Notes: a model not told the origin generated them from the letters alone. A DNA stretch of 64,000 nt from Candidatus Micrarchaeota archaeon (GCA_964625085.1 CAZVAJ010000001.1:1-64000); one strand, 5' to 3'. Positions 38,247 to 48,019 are shown, counted from the stretch's first letter. Program-made: numbers and translations.

Positions 38247-38858
38247 ATGACTGAAACACAACAACTTGCTCCCCTTGAAAAGCTTCTTGAAGCAGGAATA
38301 CACATAGGAAGCAAGTTCAAAACAGGCGACATGAAAAAATTTGTATACAAACATAGGAACGATGGACTCTGCGTACTGGACGTAAACCAGACCCAAGAGA
38401 GGATAGGAATAGCCGCCAAGTTTCTGGCGATGTATGAACCTTCTGACATACTAATAGTGGCAGGAAGGTCATACGCCCAAAAACCAGCCAAGATAATGGC
38501 AGAAACCATACAAGCTAACTACAGGATAGGCAGGTTCATTCCAGGGACCTTGACAAACCCCGCTAACGAGAACTTTATAGAACCAAAAATAGTGCTAATA
38601 GCAGACCCTCCTATAGACAGACAAGCAATCCAAGAAGCAAAAAAAGCAAAGATTCCTGTAATAGGAATATGCGACAGCAGTAACCTAACAAAGAATATAG
38701 ACTTAGTAATACCCGCGAACAACAAAGGCAAAAAAAGCCTTGCACTAGTGTTCTGGTTGCTCACAAAAGAGTACCTGAAAAACAGAGGGCTGATAAAATC
38801 AGATTCAGAGTTCAAGAAAAGGCCTGAGGACTATGAATCAGGAAGAGAAAGAAGATAG
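38247..38858 (+). CDS. rps2: 30S ribosomal protein uS2
   Basis: AGIHIG, RFIPGTLTN, PANNKG. Confidence 0.97.
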   Translation: MTETQQLAPLEKLLEAGIHIGSKFKTGDMKKFVYKHRNDGLCVLDVNQTQERIGIAAKFLAMYEPSDILIVAGRSYAQKPAKIMAETIQANYRIGRFIPGTLTNPANENFIEPKIVLIADPPIDRQAIQEAKKAKIPVIGICDSSNLTKNIDLVIPANNKGKKSLALVFWLLTKEYLKNRGLIKSDSEFKKRPEDYESGRERR

Positions 38859-39651
38859 TATCAGGCGCCCTGCTGCAAGTGGAACATTCTACCCAAACGA
38901 CAAAAAGAAGCTTGAAAATCTCCTTCAAGCTTTCTTGGAAGGACAAAAAAAAGAAGGAATTGCGGGCCTCATAAGCCCCCACGCAGGGTACGCGTACTCT
39001 GGAAGAATAGCTGGAAAAGCGTACTCACTTCTTAGAGGAACTCAAAAAAGAACAGTAGTGATAATCGGACCAAACCACACCGGGCTCGGAGCCCCTGTTT
39101 CAGTATACCCTGGCGGATTCTGGGAAACCCCCCTTGGAAAAGTGAAAGTTGATGAAGAAAAAGCAAGAGAGATAGGAAACGAATTCTGGCTTGAGAAGGA
39201 AGCGCACGAACTGGAACATTCTATTGAAGTACAAATTCCTTTCATGCAATACACCCTAAAAGATTTCAAGATCGTGCCTGTGTGCATGATGGACCAAAGC
39301 ATGGAAACCGCAAAAGAACTTGGTAAAATACTATCAAAAGCCTTAGACTCGGAAAAAGACCTTGTGATTGCTTCAACTGACTTCTCACACTATGTTCCAG
39401 AAGAAATTGCAGAAGAGTATGACAAAAAAGCCATCAGGAGCATAACAAACCTTGATCAAGAGGGGTTATATTCTCTGGTATTTTCAGGGTTTAGTATGTG
39501 CGGCTACGGCCCAGTATGCGCGCTAATCGAGTACACAAAACAGAACAATGGCCGCATCCATGAGGTGGAGTACGGAACAAGCGGGGAAACAACAGGAGAC
39601 ACCTCGCAAGTAGTTGGGTACGCTTCTCTTTATTCAGAGGTGAAAAAATGA
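38833..39651 (+). CDS. amrB: MEMO1-family protein (AmmeMemoRadiSam B)
   Basis: PHAGYAYSG, GPNH, EHSIEVQ, STDFSHY, CGYGP. Confidence 0.93.
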   Translation: MNQEEKEDSIRRPAASGTFYPNDKKKLENLLQAFLEGQKKEGIAGLISPHAGYAYSGRIAGKAYSLLRGTQKRTVVIIGPNHTGLGAPVSVYPGGFWETPLGKVKVDEEKAREIGNEFWLEKEAHELEHSIEVQIPFMQYTLKDFKIVPVCMMDQSMETAKELGKILSKALDSEKDLVIASTDFSHYVPEEIAEEYDKKAIRSITNLDQEGLYSLVFSGFSMCGYGPVCALIEYTKQNNGRIHEVEYGTSGETTGDTSQVVGYASLYSEVKK

Positions 39652-40655
39652 ATAGGACAGTATCCACTCCTGGAAAGATAACAATACTCGGCGAATACGC
39701 TGTAATGTACGGTAAAACAGGCGTGTCAGCCGCGCTGCAAGAAAGAGTAAAAGTAACTGCAAAAGATCATCAAGGGATAAGAATATCTCTCAATGGAAAG
39801 ACAGAGGAGTACTCCAGGGATAAAGCTAAAGAACTCTTCCTGCAAGCAAACAGTATGATAAGAAGAAAAGACGTTGAAGGACTTGACATGTTCCTTGAAA
39901 AAAGGTTCCCTCCCTTAGCAGCCCTTGCATGGAAGTGCATGGAACTAAAAGGGGCAAACGAAGGAGTGGAACTAGACATACTGTATTCCCTACCTGACGC
40001 AGCAGGATTGGGTGCTTCTTCAGCCATCTCATCAGCAGTATCCGCCGCGATAATAGGGTATAAAACAGAGGTTGAAAAACGAAAAGTGTTTGATGCGAGC
40101 ATGTTCGGAGACAGTATAGCACACCTCACTCCCAGTGGCCTGGACTGTGAAACAACAATAAAAGGAGGATTCTTGTCTTACAGAAAAGGGTTCAACCCAA
40201 ACAGGATAGACGTGGACTACGAACTTCCGATAGTAGTAGGAGATACAGGGAAAAGAAGCAAAGCAGTGGACATGGTCAAAAAAGTAGAAGACCTAAGAAC
40301 AGGAGACCCAAGAGCAAACGAGTGGCTGAACGAACTTGATGAGGCTGCCAGAGAGGGGCTGGAAGCAATAAAAAAACAGGACATTCAGGAACTAGCTTTC
40401 AACATAAACAAATCCCAGGAGCTTTTAAGACACCTGAAGGTCTCAACACCTGAAATAGAAAACCTGATAATAACAAGCTTAAGGGCGGGGGCGATCGCCG
40501 CAGAAATCACAGGACAAGGAGGCGGTGGAGCGATGTTTGCATTATGCGAAAAACCTGAGGATGTTGAAAAAGTGGCTGAAGCCATAAGAAAAGAAGGGGG
40601 CAGCGTAATAAAAACAGTAATAGGCGGTCCTGGACTAAAAGTGGATGAGAGATAA
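39648..40655 (+). CDS. mvk: Mevalonate kinase (GHMP family)
   Basis: PGKITILGEY, AGLGASSA, PSGLD, TGQGGGG; synteny with ipk and fni. Confidence 0.85.
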   Translation: MNRTVSTPGKITILGEYAVMYGKTGVSAALQERVKVTAKDHQGIRISLNGKTEEYSRDKAKELFLQANSMIRRKDVEGLDMFLEKRFPPLAALAWKCMELKGANEGVELDILYSLPDAAGLGASSAISSAVSAAIIGYKTEVEKRKVFDASMFGDSIAHLTPSGLDCETTIKGGFLSYRKGFNPNRIDVDYELPIVVGDTGKRSKAVDMVKKVEDLRTGDPRANEWLNELDEAAREGLEAIKKQDIQELAFNINKSQELLRHLKVSTPEIENLIITSLRAGAIAAEITGQGGGGAMFALCEKPEDVEKVAEAIRKEGGSVIKTVIGGPGLKVDER

Positions 40656-40678
40656 GAAAAGTTAAGGAGGAAAACAGA

Positions 40679-41473
40679 ATGCAAGAGCTTATGATCGTGA
40701 AATTAGGCGGGTCAGCAATAACCAGAAAAAGCTCTGAAAAGCCAGAAGTCAACCATGATACACTAAATCGCCTGGCGAAAGAAATGGGAAAGTGGTATTC
40801 CCCTGAAAAAAAGGTAATAATAATCCACGGTGCAGGAAGCTACGGGCACGTGATAGTAAAAAAAACAGGGATACACAAAGGCGTGGAGAACCCGGAGCAG
40901 AGAAAAGCGTTTGCGGAAACGCAGAGACTGCAGAACGAGCTTGACACAATAGTGTGCAAAGCTCTAATAAACGAAGGGGTGCCTGCCTTTCCACTGCAAG
41001 CAAGCTCAACAGCAGTTATGGAAAGAGGACGCTTAAAGAAAATGGACTGTGAAGTGATAAAAGGACTCGTGAATAATGGAATCGTGCCCGTGTTATACGG
41101 TGTGCCGGCATATGACACTGTCCAGGTGTGTTCTATTCTCTCAGGAGATGTTATTGCCCCATATCTTGCACTAGAACTAGGGGCAAAGATGGTGATCCAC
41201 GGCACTAATGTCAACGGGGTTTACACAGGAGACCCAAAAAAAGACCCGGATGCAAAACAGATACCTGAAATAAATCAAGAAAACTGGGGCCAGGTTAAAA
41301 ACGCTCTCGGCCTTTCCGCAGACACCGACGTAACAGGAGGCATGAAAGGAAAAGTAGAAGAAGCGTATGAACTGGCTAGAAAAGGAGTAAAAAGCAGGAT
41401 CATTGATATTACTACGCCTGATAACCTTTTCAGAGCACTTAACGGCGAAAGCATCGGCACTTTAATAAGGTGA
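40679..41473 (+). CDS. ipk: Isopentenyl phosphate kinase
   Basis: KLGGSAIT, HGAGSYGH, SGD, DVTGGM.GK. Confidence 0.92.
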   Translation: MQELMIVKLGGSAITRKSSEKPEVNHDTLNRLAKEMGKWYSPEKKVIIIHGAGSYGHVIVKKTGIHKGVENPEQRKAFAETQRLQNELDTIVCKALINEGVPAFPLQASSTAVMERGRLKKMDCEVIKGLVNNGIVPVLYGVPAYDTVQVCSILSGDVIAPYLALELGAKMVIHGTNVNGVYTGDPKKDPDAKQIPEINQENWGQVKNALGLSADTDVTGGMKGKVEEAYELARKGVKSRIIDITTPDNLFRALNGESIGTLIR

Positions 41474-42498
41474 ACAAAATGACCCAAACAGAACAAAGAA
41501 AAAATGATCATATCGTCATGTGCCTGTCTAAAAAAGTAGAATCAGGAAGCACTTGGCTAGAGCACGTGAAACTCGTGCACTACAGTCTGCCTGAAATAGA
41601 CTTTAACAAAGTGAATCCAGGCACAGAGTTCCTCGGTAAAAAGTTTAAAATGCCAGTCATGATAACTGCAATAACCGGAGGAACAAAGCGTGCGCAGGAG
41701 ATTAACAGAAAAATCGCGCGCGTTGCGCAAGAAAAAGGAATCGGAATGGGGGTAGGAAGCCAACGGATTATGATAGAAAAACCTGAAACCAGCGAAACCT
41801 TCCAGGTCAGGGACATAGCCCCAGACGTATTCCTGGCAGGAAACATAGGCGCTTATCAAATAAAACAGTACTCGGCTGAGCAGGTGCTAGAAGCAGCTGA
41901 CAGAATAGAAGCTGATGCTCTGTGCGTCCACCTGAACGCTGCCCAAGAAGTATTCCAGCCAGAAGGGGATACTGATTTCTCAGGATGCTTGAACGCATTA
42001 TCTGACCTGTGCAAAGCTGCAAAAATCCCAATAATAGCAAAAGAAGTGGGGAATGGAATAAACAAACAGGTGGCAGAAGAGCTCAAACAGGCAGGGGTAA
42101 GCGCGATAGACACAGAGGGAGTAGGCGGAACGAGCTGGATCCTTGTTGATTCTCTCAGGGGAGGACCTGACCCAACAGAGTTCCTAGACTGGGGACTTCC
42201 AACAGCCACATCTGTTCTTGAATGCTCAAGAACAGGACTGCCTGTAATCGCTTCAGGAGGCATACGCTCCGGCTTAGACATCGCCAAAGCAATATCCCTT
42301 GGAGCAAGCTTGACTGGATTCGCACTGCCAGCGCTGAAAGCAACAGAAAAAAATGAACTGAACAAACTACTAGACAAAATAGAGTTTGAGCTTAAAACAA
42401 CCATGTTCCTAACCCGGTCCAGCGATCTCGAAAGTCTCAAAAAAGCAGACAAGGTTATCTCAGGACCGCTTAAAGAGTGGATAACACAAAGAAAATAA
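41470..42498 (+). CDS. fni: Type 2 isopentenyl-diphosphate isomerase
   Basis: RKNDH, GVGSQR, HLNAAQE, KEVGNG, GGTSW, ASGGIR. Confidence 0.96.
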   Translation: MNKMTQTEQRKNDHIVMCLSKKVESGSTWLEHVKLVHYSLPEIDFNKVNPGTEFLGKKFKMPVMITAITGGTKRAQEINRKIARVAQEKGIGMGVGSQRIMIEKPETSETFQVRDIAPDVFLAGNIGAYQIKQYSAEQVLEAADRIEADALCVHLNAAQEVFQPEGDTDFSGCLNALSDLCKAAKIPIIAKEVGNGINKQVAEELKQAGVSAIDTEGVGGTSWILVDSLRGGPDPTEFLDWGLPTATSVLECSRTGLPVIASGGIRSGLDIAKAISLGASLTGFALPALKATEKNELNKLLDKIEFELKTTMFLTRSSDLESLKKADKVISGPLKEWITQRK

Positions 42499-42546
42499 AC
42501 AAGAACACCGTGTGTGTACGCAAAGGAGTAGAAAGAGGAGACGCAG

Positions 42547-43791
42547 GTGACAGACGAGAGAATAAACAGTATAGCAATCAAACATGCTCTCAAAAATGCT
42601 GTAGAACACGGTGGAAAAGCAGCAGCAGGGCCCGTAATAAACAAGGTTCTCGGAGACCTTCCTGAAGCAAGGTCTGACATGAAAACGCTGGGCAAGACAG
42701 TAACAAAAACAGTAGCTGAAGTTAATTCACTGAGCGTGGAAGAACAGAAAAAAAGGCTTCTTGAAATATGGCCAGATGCCCTTGAGAAAAAGCCTGAAAA
42801 ACCCAAAGAGTTCCCTGAACTGCCGGGGAACACAAGCGGGGTGGTCCTACGGTTTGCCCCAAACCCTAACGGCCCGCCCACAATAGGATCTGCTAGGGGC
42901 GCATACGTCAACTGGTACTACGCAAGAAGGTACGGTGGGAAGTTTGTACTGCGTTTTGATGATACTGATCCAAAAACCAAGCCCCCTATGCCTGAAGCAT
43001 ATGACTGGTACCTTGAAGACTTCAGATGGTTGTTCGGAGAAGAGCCTGATGAAGTATACTACCTTTCTGACATGCTGCCAGAAGCATATGAGTACTGTGA
43101 AAAGCTCATAAGAACAGGAAAGGCTTATTCCTGCAAGTGTTCCCAAGAAGAAGGCAGGAAGTACAGAACACAAGGAAAAGCATGCCCACACAGAAACCAG
43201 ACCCCTGAAGAGAATATGAAAGAATGGAAGAGAATGCTTTCCGGAGAATACAAGGAAGGAGAGATCACCATCAGGATAAAAACAGACCTTAAAGCAAAGG
43301 ATCCTGCGCACAGAGATTTTGTCGCCTTTAAGATAACCTACGCGCCCCACCCGCGCACAGGAACAAAGTATCATGTCTGGCCCGCGCTGGATTTCATAGG
43401 CGCAATAGCGGACAAAATAATAGGCGTAACACACATAATCCGCGGTAAGGACCTGCGTGATTCAACAACTCGGCAAGAGTATGTTTACAAGTATCTTGGG
43501 TGGAAATACCCGGTAACGCTTTACTGGGGCAGGCTAAAAGTCCATGGGTTCGGCAAGCTGAGCACAAGCCAGATACGCAAAGGCATAGAAGAGGGCAAGT
43601 ACTCTGGATGGGACGATCCAAAGCTCCCCACCCTCAAAGCACTTAAGAAAAGAGGAATCACGCCTGAAGCACTACGCGAATGGTTCAAGAGCATGGGTTT
43701 CACTGAAAGAGACGTGGCTGCAGACCTGCAGATACTGGAAGCGATAAACAGGAAGCAAAAACATTTAAAAACCCGGAAAGCAGAAGAGTAA
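42547..43791 (+). CDS. gltX: Glutamyl-tRNA synthetase lacking the C-terminal anticodon-binding domain
   Basis: RFAPNPNGP-TIGS, RFDDTDP, THIIRGKD, KLSTS, GWDDPKLPT; ends just after LEAINRK. Confidence 0.92.
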   Translation: MTDERINSIAIKHALKNAVEHGGKAAAGPVINKVLGDLPEARSDMKTLGKTVTKTVAEVNSLSVEEQKKRLLEIWPDALEKKPEKPKEFPELPGNTSGVVLRFAPNPNGPPTIGSARGAYVNWYYARRYGGKFVLRFDDTDPKTKPPMPEAYDWYLEDFRWLFGEEPDEVYYLSDMLPEAYEYCEKLIRTGKAYSCKCSQEEGRKYRTQGKACPHRNQTPEENMKEWKRMLSGEYKEGEITIRIKTDLKAKDPAHRDFVAFKITYAPHPRTGTKYHVWPALDFIGAIADKIIGVTHIIRGKDLRDSTTRQEYVYKYLGWKYPVTLYWGRLKVHGFGKLSTSQIRKGIEEGKYSGWDDPKLPTLKALKKRGITPEALREWFKSMGFTERDVAADLQILEAINRKQKHLKTRKAEE

Positions 43792-43794
43792 CAG

Positions 43795-43846
43795 TACCAG
43801 TGAGAGTACAAGGCTTTGTCAAAAAAGCCGATGAGTAAAGGAGGTA
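43795..43846 (+). promoter_or_regulatory. Double kink-turn leader overlapping the RBS of rpl7ae
   Basis: TACC-AGT-GA...GA-GGTA and AA-GGCTTT...AAAGCC-GAT-GA; TATA-like TTTAAA at 43764-43769. Confidence 0.7.
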
Positions 43847-43853
43847 AATTATT

Positions 43854-44222
43854 ATGGCAGCACCACATGTCAAGTTTGAAACACCTAAAGAAGTTTCTGA
43901 CCAAGCGTATAAGGCAGTACAGATGGCCAGGGACACTGGCAAACTAAGAAAAGGAGTGAACGAGACAACCAAAGCCCTGGAAAGAGGGCAGGCAAAACTG
44001 GTTGTCATAGCAGAAGACATCACTCCTCCTGAAATAGCAGCCCATTTGCCCATACTGGCAGAAGAGAAGGGAGTGCCATACGTTTACGTTCCGACCAAAA
44101 AAGATCTTGGAACAGCAGCAGGGCTCCCTGTAGGATCAAGCAGCATAGCAATAACAGAAGAGGGAGACGCCAAATCAATAATAGAATCAATAGAAAAAAC
44201 CGTGAAAGAACTAAAGAAGTGA
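43854..44222 (+). CDS. rpl7ae: Ribosomal protein L7Ae
   Basis: [29 protein letters not shown]. Confidence 0.97.
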   Translation: MAAPHVKFETPKEVSDQAYKAVQMARDTGKLRKGVNETTKALERGQAKLVVIAEDITPPEIAAHLPILAEEKGVPYVYVPTKKDLGTAAGLPVGSSSIAITEEGDAKSIIESIEKTVKELKK

Positions 44223-44226
44223 TTTG

Positions 44227-44433
44227 ATGGAAGAAGGATTCCCTGCACAAGTTGTAGAAATAGTAGGAAACACCGGAGTGTACGGTGAGATCACACAAGT
44301 AATGGTAAAAGTACTTGAAGGAAGAGATAAGGGAAGGATACTCAGAAGAAACGTCAAGGGCCCTGTAAAACAGGGAGACATTCTCATACTGCTTGACACA
44401 GAAACAGAAGCAAGAGAGATTAGAGTAAGGTGA
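44227..44433 (+). CDS. rps28e: 30S ribosomal protein S28e
   Basis: RNVKGPV..GDIL. Confidence 0.96.
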   Translation: MEEGFPAQVVEIVGNTGVYGEITQVMVKVLEGRDKGRILRRNVKGPVKQGDILILLDTETEAREIRVR

Positions 44434-44612
44434 GCCAAGTGAAATGTTCCTTCTGTAAGCAAACAATACCAAAAGGCAAGGGAAAGATGATCGTGGGAGC
44501 TAAAGGAGACGTCAAGTACTACTGTTCAAGCAAGTGCGAGAAAAACGCTCTGAAGCTCAAGCGCAGGCCGGAAAAAGTCAAGTGGGTTAAGAAAAAGAAA
44601 AAACAGGAATAA
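44430..44612 (+). CDS. rpl24e: 50S ribosomal protein L24e
   Basis: CSFC, CSSKCEK, KVKW. Confidence 0.95.
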   Translation: MSQVKCSFCKQTIPKGKGKMIVGAKGDVKYYCSSKCEKNALKLKRRPEKVKWVKKKKKQE

Positions 44613-44714
44613 TTTTACCCCTTTAATCAAAAAAATCCTCGGGGGCTCTGCCCTTTTAAAACTGAGGAAGGGAACATGCCCTTATTTTCCTCAGTGAAAA
44701 CGGAGACGGATAAA

Positions 44715-46454
44715 ATGGCTCTAAGAAGCCCTATAATATCAGTACTAGGACACGTGGACCACGGCAAAACAACCATCCTAGACAAGATCAGGGGTAGTGG
44801 TATTGCCGCAAAAGAAGCAGGGCTTATCACCCAGCATGTTGGAGCAAGCTTTGTGCCGCTTGAAGCCATAAAAAGAACTTCCGGCCCCTTGCTGGAAAAG
44901 TATGGTTTCAATCTCACGATACCGGGACTATTGTTCGTAGACACCCCTGGACACGAAGCGTTCACAACACTCAGGCAAAGAGGAGGAAGCGCTTCAGACC
45001 TCGCAGTCCTAGTCATAGACATAATGCAGGGAGTACAACCGCAGACAAAAGAATCCATAGAAATACTAAAAGCAAACAAAGTGCCATTCATCGTGGCCGC
45101 TAACAAAATAGACCTGCTTAACGGCTGGATCCCGCATCCTGGAAAACCATTCTTGGAAACGCTGAAAGAACAGCCTGAACGCACGGTCCAGGAACTTGAC
45201 ACAAAACTGTACGAGATCGTGGGACAGCTCGGAGAACTTGGGTTTAACTCAGAAAGGTTTGACAGGGTAGAAGACCTTACCAAAAACGTGCTTATAATCC
45301 CGGTATCCGGAAAAACAGGAGAAGGATTTCCTGAACTCCTGCTCTTCTTAGCAGGCCTCAGCCAAAAGTACATGATGCAGAAACTGAACATAGACACAGA
45401 AAAACCAGGGGTTGGAAGTATTCTGGAAGTCAAAGAAGCGACAGGCCTCGGAATGACCATAGACGTAATACTCCTGGAAGGAAAAATAAAACAATCTGAC
45501 ATGATCGCAGTGGCAAGCAAAACCGGGCCGAAAATAGTGAAGATAAAGGCCCTTCTACAACCCGCGCCGTTAGAAGAAATAAGAGACGCTAAAAGAAAGT
45601 TCAAAACAGTAAAAGAAGTTCACGCTGCAGCAGGAGTCAAAATAGCAGCCCCCGGACTGGAAGACGTTATCCCAGGGTCCCCCTTGTTCGTAGTAGAGCC
45701 AGGGAAAGACAAAGAAGCAATGGAAAAAGTGGAAAAAGAAATGTCAAACGTGAACATAAAAACAGAACCTCTCGGGATCATAGTAAAAGCAGACACGCTG
45801 GGCTCGCTTGAAGCAATATGCAAGCTCATAAGCAGGCATGGGATAAAGGTTAGAAAAGCAGAAGTAGGCCCTGTGAACAAAGTTGACCTAACAGAAGCAG
45901 ACAGCATGAGAGGAGAAGACTGGGAATACCGAGCCATATTCTCGTTCAACCAACCTGTACCCTCCGCCATAAAAGAAGAAGCAAAAACAAGAGGGATACA
46001 AATATTCGAATCAAACGTGATATACCGGCTTGAAGAAGAATACCTCGAATGGCACGAGAAAAAGAAGAAAGAAAGAGAACTTGAAAGGCTCAAAAAGTAT
46101 GTTTACCCTGCTAAGCTGAAAATACTCGAGGGGTATGTTTTCAGGAAAAGCAAACCCGCGGTCGTCGGTGTGGAAGTGCTTGAAGGAATGCTCAAATCAG
46201 ACGTGCCAGTGATGCGATCTGATGGAAAAACAGTGGGGAGAATAAAAGGAATACAAGAAGAAGGAAAATCCAAAGAATTTGCTTCAAAAGGAGAAAAAGT
46301 TGCGGTGTCAATAGAAGACTGCACAGTAGGCAGGCAGGTAAACGAAGGGGATATACTCTATACTGCGGTGCCAAGAGAACAAGCTTACGAAATGATTGAC
46401 AAAGTGCCCGAGAAAGGGCTTCTTAAAGAAATAATGCGTATAAAGGGTGACTAA
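44715..46454 (+). CDS. infB: Translation initiation factor aIF5B (IF-2)
   Basis: [36 protein letters not shown]. Confidence 0.97.
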   Translation: MALRSPIISVLGHVDHGKTTILDKIRGSGIAAKEAGLITQHVGASFVPLEAIKRTSGPLLEKYGFNLTIPGLLFVDTPGHEAFTTLRQRGGSASDLAVLVIDIMQGVQPQTKESIEILKANKVPFIVAANKIDLLNGWIPHPGKPFLETLKEQPERTVQELDTKLYEIVGQLGELGFNSERFDRVEDLTKNVLIIPVSGKTGEGFPELLLFLAGLSQKYMMQKLNIDTEKPGVGSILEVKEATGLGMTIDVILLEGKIKQSDMIAVASKTGPKIVKIKALLQPAPLEEIRDAKRKFKTVKEVHAAAGVKIAAPGLEDVIPGSPLFVVEPGKDKEAMEKVEKEMSNVNIKTEPLGIIVKADTLGSLEAICKLISRHGIKVRKAEVGPVNKVDLTEADSMRGEDWEYRAIFSFNQPVPSAIKEEAKTRGIQIFESNVIYRLEEEYLEWHEKKKKERELERLKKYVYPAKLKILEGYVFRKSKPAVVGVEVLEGMLKSDVPVMRSDGKTVGRIKGIQEEGKSKEFASKGEKVAVSIEDCTVGRQVNEGDILYTAVPREQAYEMIDKVPEKGLLKEIMRIKGD

Positions 46455-46857
46455 AATGAAAGTAGTTATAGGAGACCCAAAAACAGGGAAAAGCTACCAA
46501 AAGGAGATCGAACAAGGCAATCTCCTCTACGGCAAAAAAATAGGGGAACAAGTCGACGGAAGCATCCTGGAATTAACAGGCTACAAGCTGAGGATAACAG
46601 GCGGAACCGACAAAGACGGTTTCCCGATGAGGCCGGACATCAATGGCACAGACAGGAGGCAGGTGCTGGCAGGAAAATCAATAGGTATAAAAAAGATACC
46701 TGAAAAAGGATACAAAAGAAGAAAAACAGTACGCGGGAACACAATAGCCGAGGACATTGCCCAGGTAAACCTGAAAATAATCAAGTTCGGGGAAAAGAAC
46801 ATAGAAGAAATTATGGGGAAGAAAGAAAATGCCGAAAAAGAAGGTAATTCAAGCTGA
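46447..46857 (+). CDS. rps6e: 30S ribosomal protein S6e
   Basis: ITGGTDKDGFPMR, RKTVRG. Confidence 0.96.
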   Translation: MTKMKVVIGDPKTGKSYQKEIEQGNLLYGKKIGEQVDGSILELTGYKLRITGGTDKDGFPMRPDINGTDRRQVLAGKSIGIKKIPEKGYKRRKTVRGNTIAEDIAQVNLKIIKFGEKNIEEIMGKKENAEKEGNSS

Positions 46858-48019
46858 AGTGAACATTGGAACAGCCGGACACGTGGACCATGGCAAAACA
46901 ACCATAGTCAAAGCCCTTACAGGACAATGGGTGGACAGGCACAGTGAAGAGATCAAAAGAGGCATCACCATCCGACTGGGATACGCTGACGCAGATTTCT
47001 ACAAGTGCGGCGAACAATATACAGTAAACCCCGCGGACTGCAAAAAACCAGAATTCCTCAGAAAAGTTTCTTTTGTGGACTCGCCCGGACACGAAGCCCT
47101 GATGACCGTGATGATAAGTGGATCAAGTCTTGTGGACGGAGCGATACTGGTTATTGCAGCAAATGAACCATGCCCTCAGCCGCAAACACAAGAACACCTG
47201 GCCGCGCTGGAAATAAACGGAGTTAAGAACATAGTGATAGTCCAGAACAAAATAGACCTTGTAAGCCCGGAAAAAGCAAAAGAACACCACAATCAGATAA
47301 TTGAATTCGTAAAGGGCACAAACGCAGAGGGTGCTCCTATAATCCCCATGGCCGCAAACCACTGCGTAAACCTGGACAAGCTCATAGAAGCCATTGAAGA
47401 GAAGATACCAACACCAAAAAGGGACACGAAAAAACCGCTTAGGATGGTCGTAGCAAGATCATTTGATGTTAACAAACCAGGAGAAAAAATCAAGAATCTG
47501 AAAGGAGGAGTGCTCGGAGGCTCAATACTCCAAGGAAAAATAAGAGAGGGAGATGAAATAGAAATAGCCCCGGGCTTGGAAATCAAAGGAAAATACGAAA
47601 CAATCATCACAACAGCAAGATCTGTATCAGTAACTGATGGAGTAATAAAAGAAGCAGGCCCAGGAGGCCTTGTGGCAGTGCAGACCGGAATAGATCCTGC
47701 CCTAGCAAAAGGAGACCGCATGTCCGGAAACATAATCTCCAAACCCGGCGAAACTCCTCCTGTAAGAGACAGGATAGGGCTGGAACACACACTGCTTGAA
47801 AGAGCAGTATCCGGAAAACCAGAAAACTTAAAGCAAGGGGAAATGCTGGTGTTAAACGCCCTTACCATGACAACAATCGGTCAAGTGACTAAAGCAGGCC
47901 CGGAATACTGCGAACTAACGCTAAGAAGACCTCTGTGCATCAGTGAAGGGGACAGAGTAACTATCTCAAGAAAGGTCAGAGGACGATGGAGCCTGATTGG
48001 GTACGGCATAGTAAAGTGA
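46829..48019 (+). CDS. eif2g: Translation initiation factor aIF2 gamma
   Basis: NIGTAGHVDHGKT, RGITIRLGY, PQPQT.EH, RSFDVNKPG. Confidence 0.97.
   Translation: MPKKKVIQAEVNIGTAGHVDHGKTTIVKALTGQWVDRHSEEIKRGITIRLGYADADFYKCGEQYTVNPADCKKPEFLRKVSFVDSPGHEALMTVMISGSSLVDGAILVIAANEPCPQPQTQEHLAALEINGVKNIVIVQNKIDLVSPEKAKEHHNQIIEFVKGTNAEGAPIIPMAANHCVNLDKLIEAIEEKIPTPKRDTKKPLRMVVARSFDVNKPGEKIKNLKGGVLGGSILQGKIREGDEIEIAPGLEIKGKYETIITTARSVSVTDGVIKEAGPGGLVAVQTGIDPALAKGDRMSGNIISKPGETPPVRDRIGLEHTLLERAVSGKPENLKQGEMLVLNALTMTTIGQVTKAGPEYCELTLRRPLCISEGDRVTISRKVRGRWSLIGYGIVK

Noticed and set aside
42499..42546. Possible regulatory leader before gltX
   Set aside because: Only weak pairing (CACC/GGTG) and no recognisable motif; insufficient support.
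43760..43853. Programmed frameshift or readthrough restoring the GluRS C-terminus
   Set aside because: No coding space before rpl7ae; the region is explained by a promoter and k-turn leader.
41856..45604. Long antisense ORFs (for example 41856-42911 and 44627-45604)
   Set aside because: Shadow frames of conserved + strand genes, Phe/Ser/Leu-rich as expected from A-rich sense codons, with no recognisable motifs.
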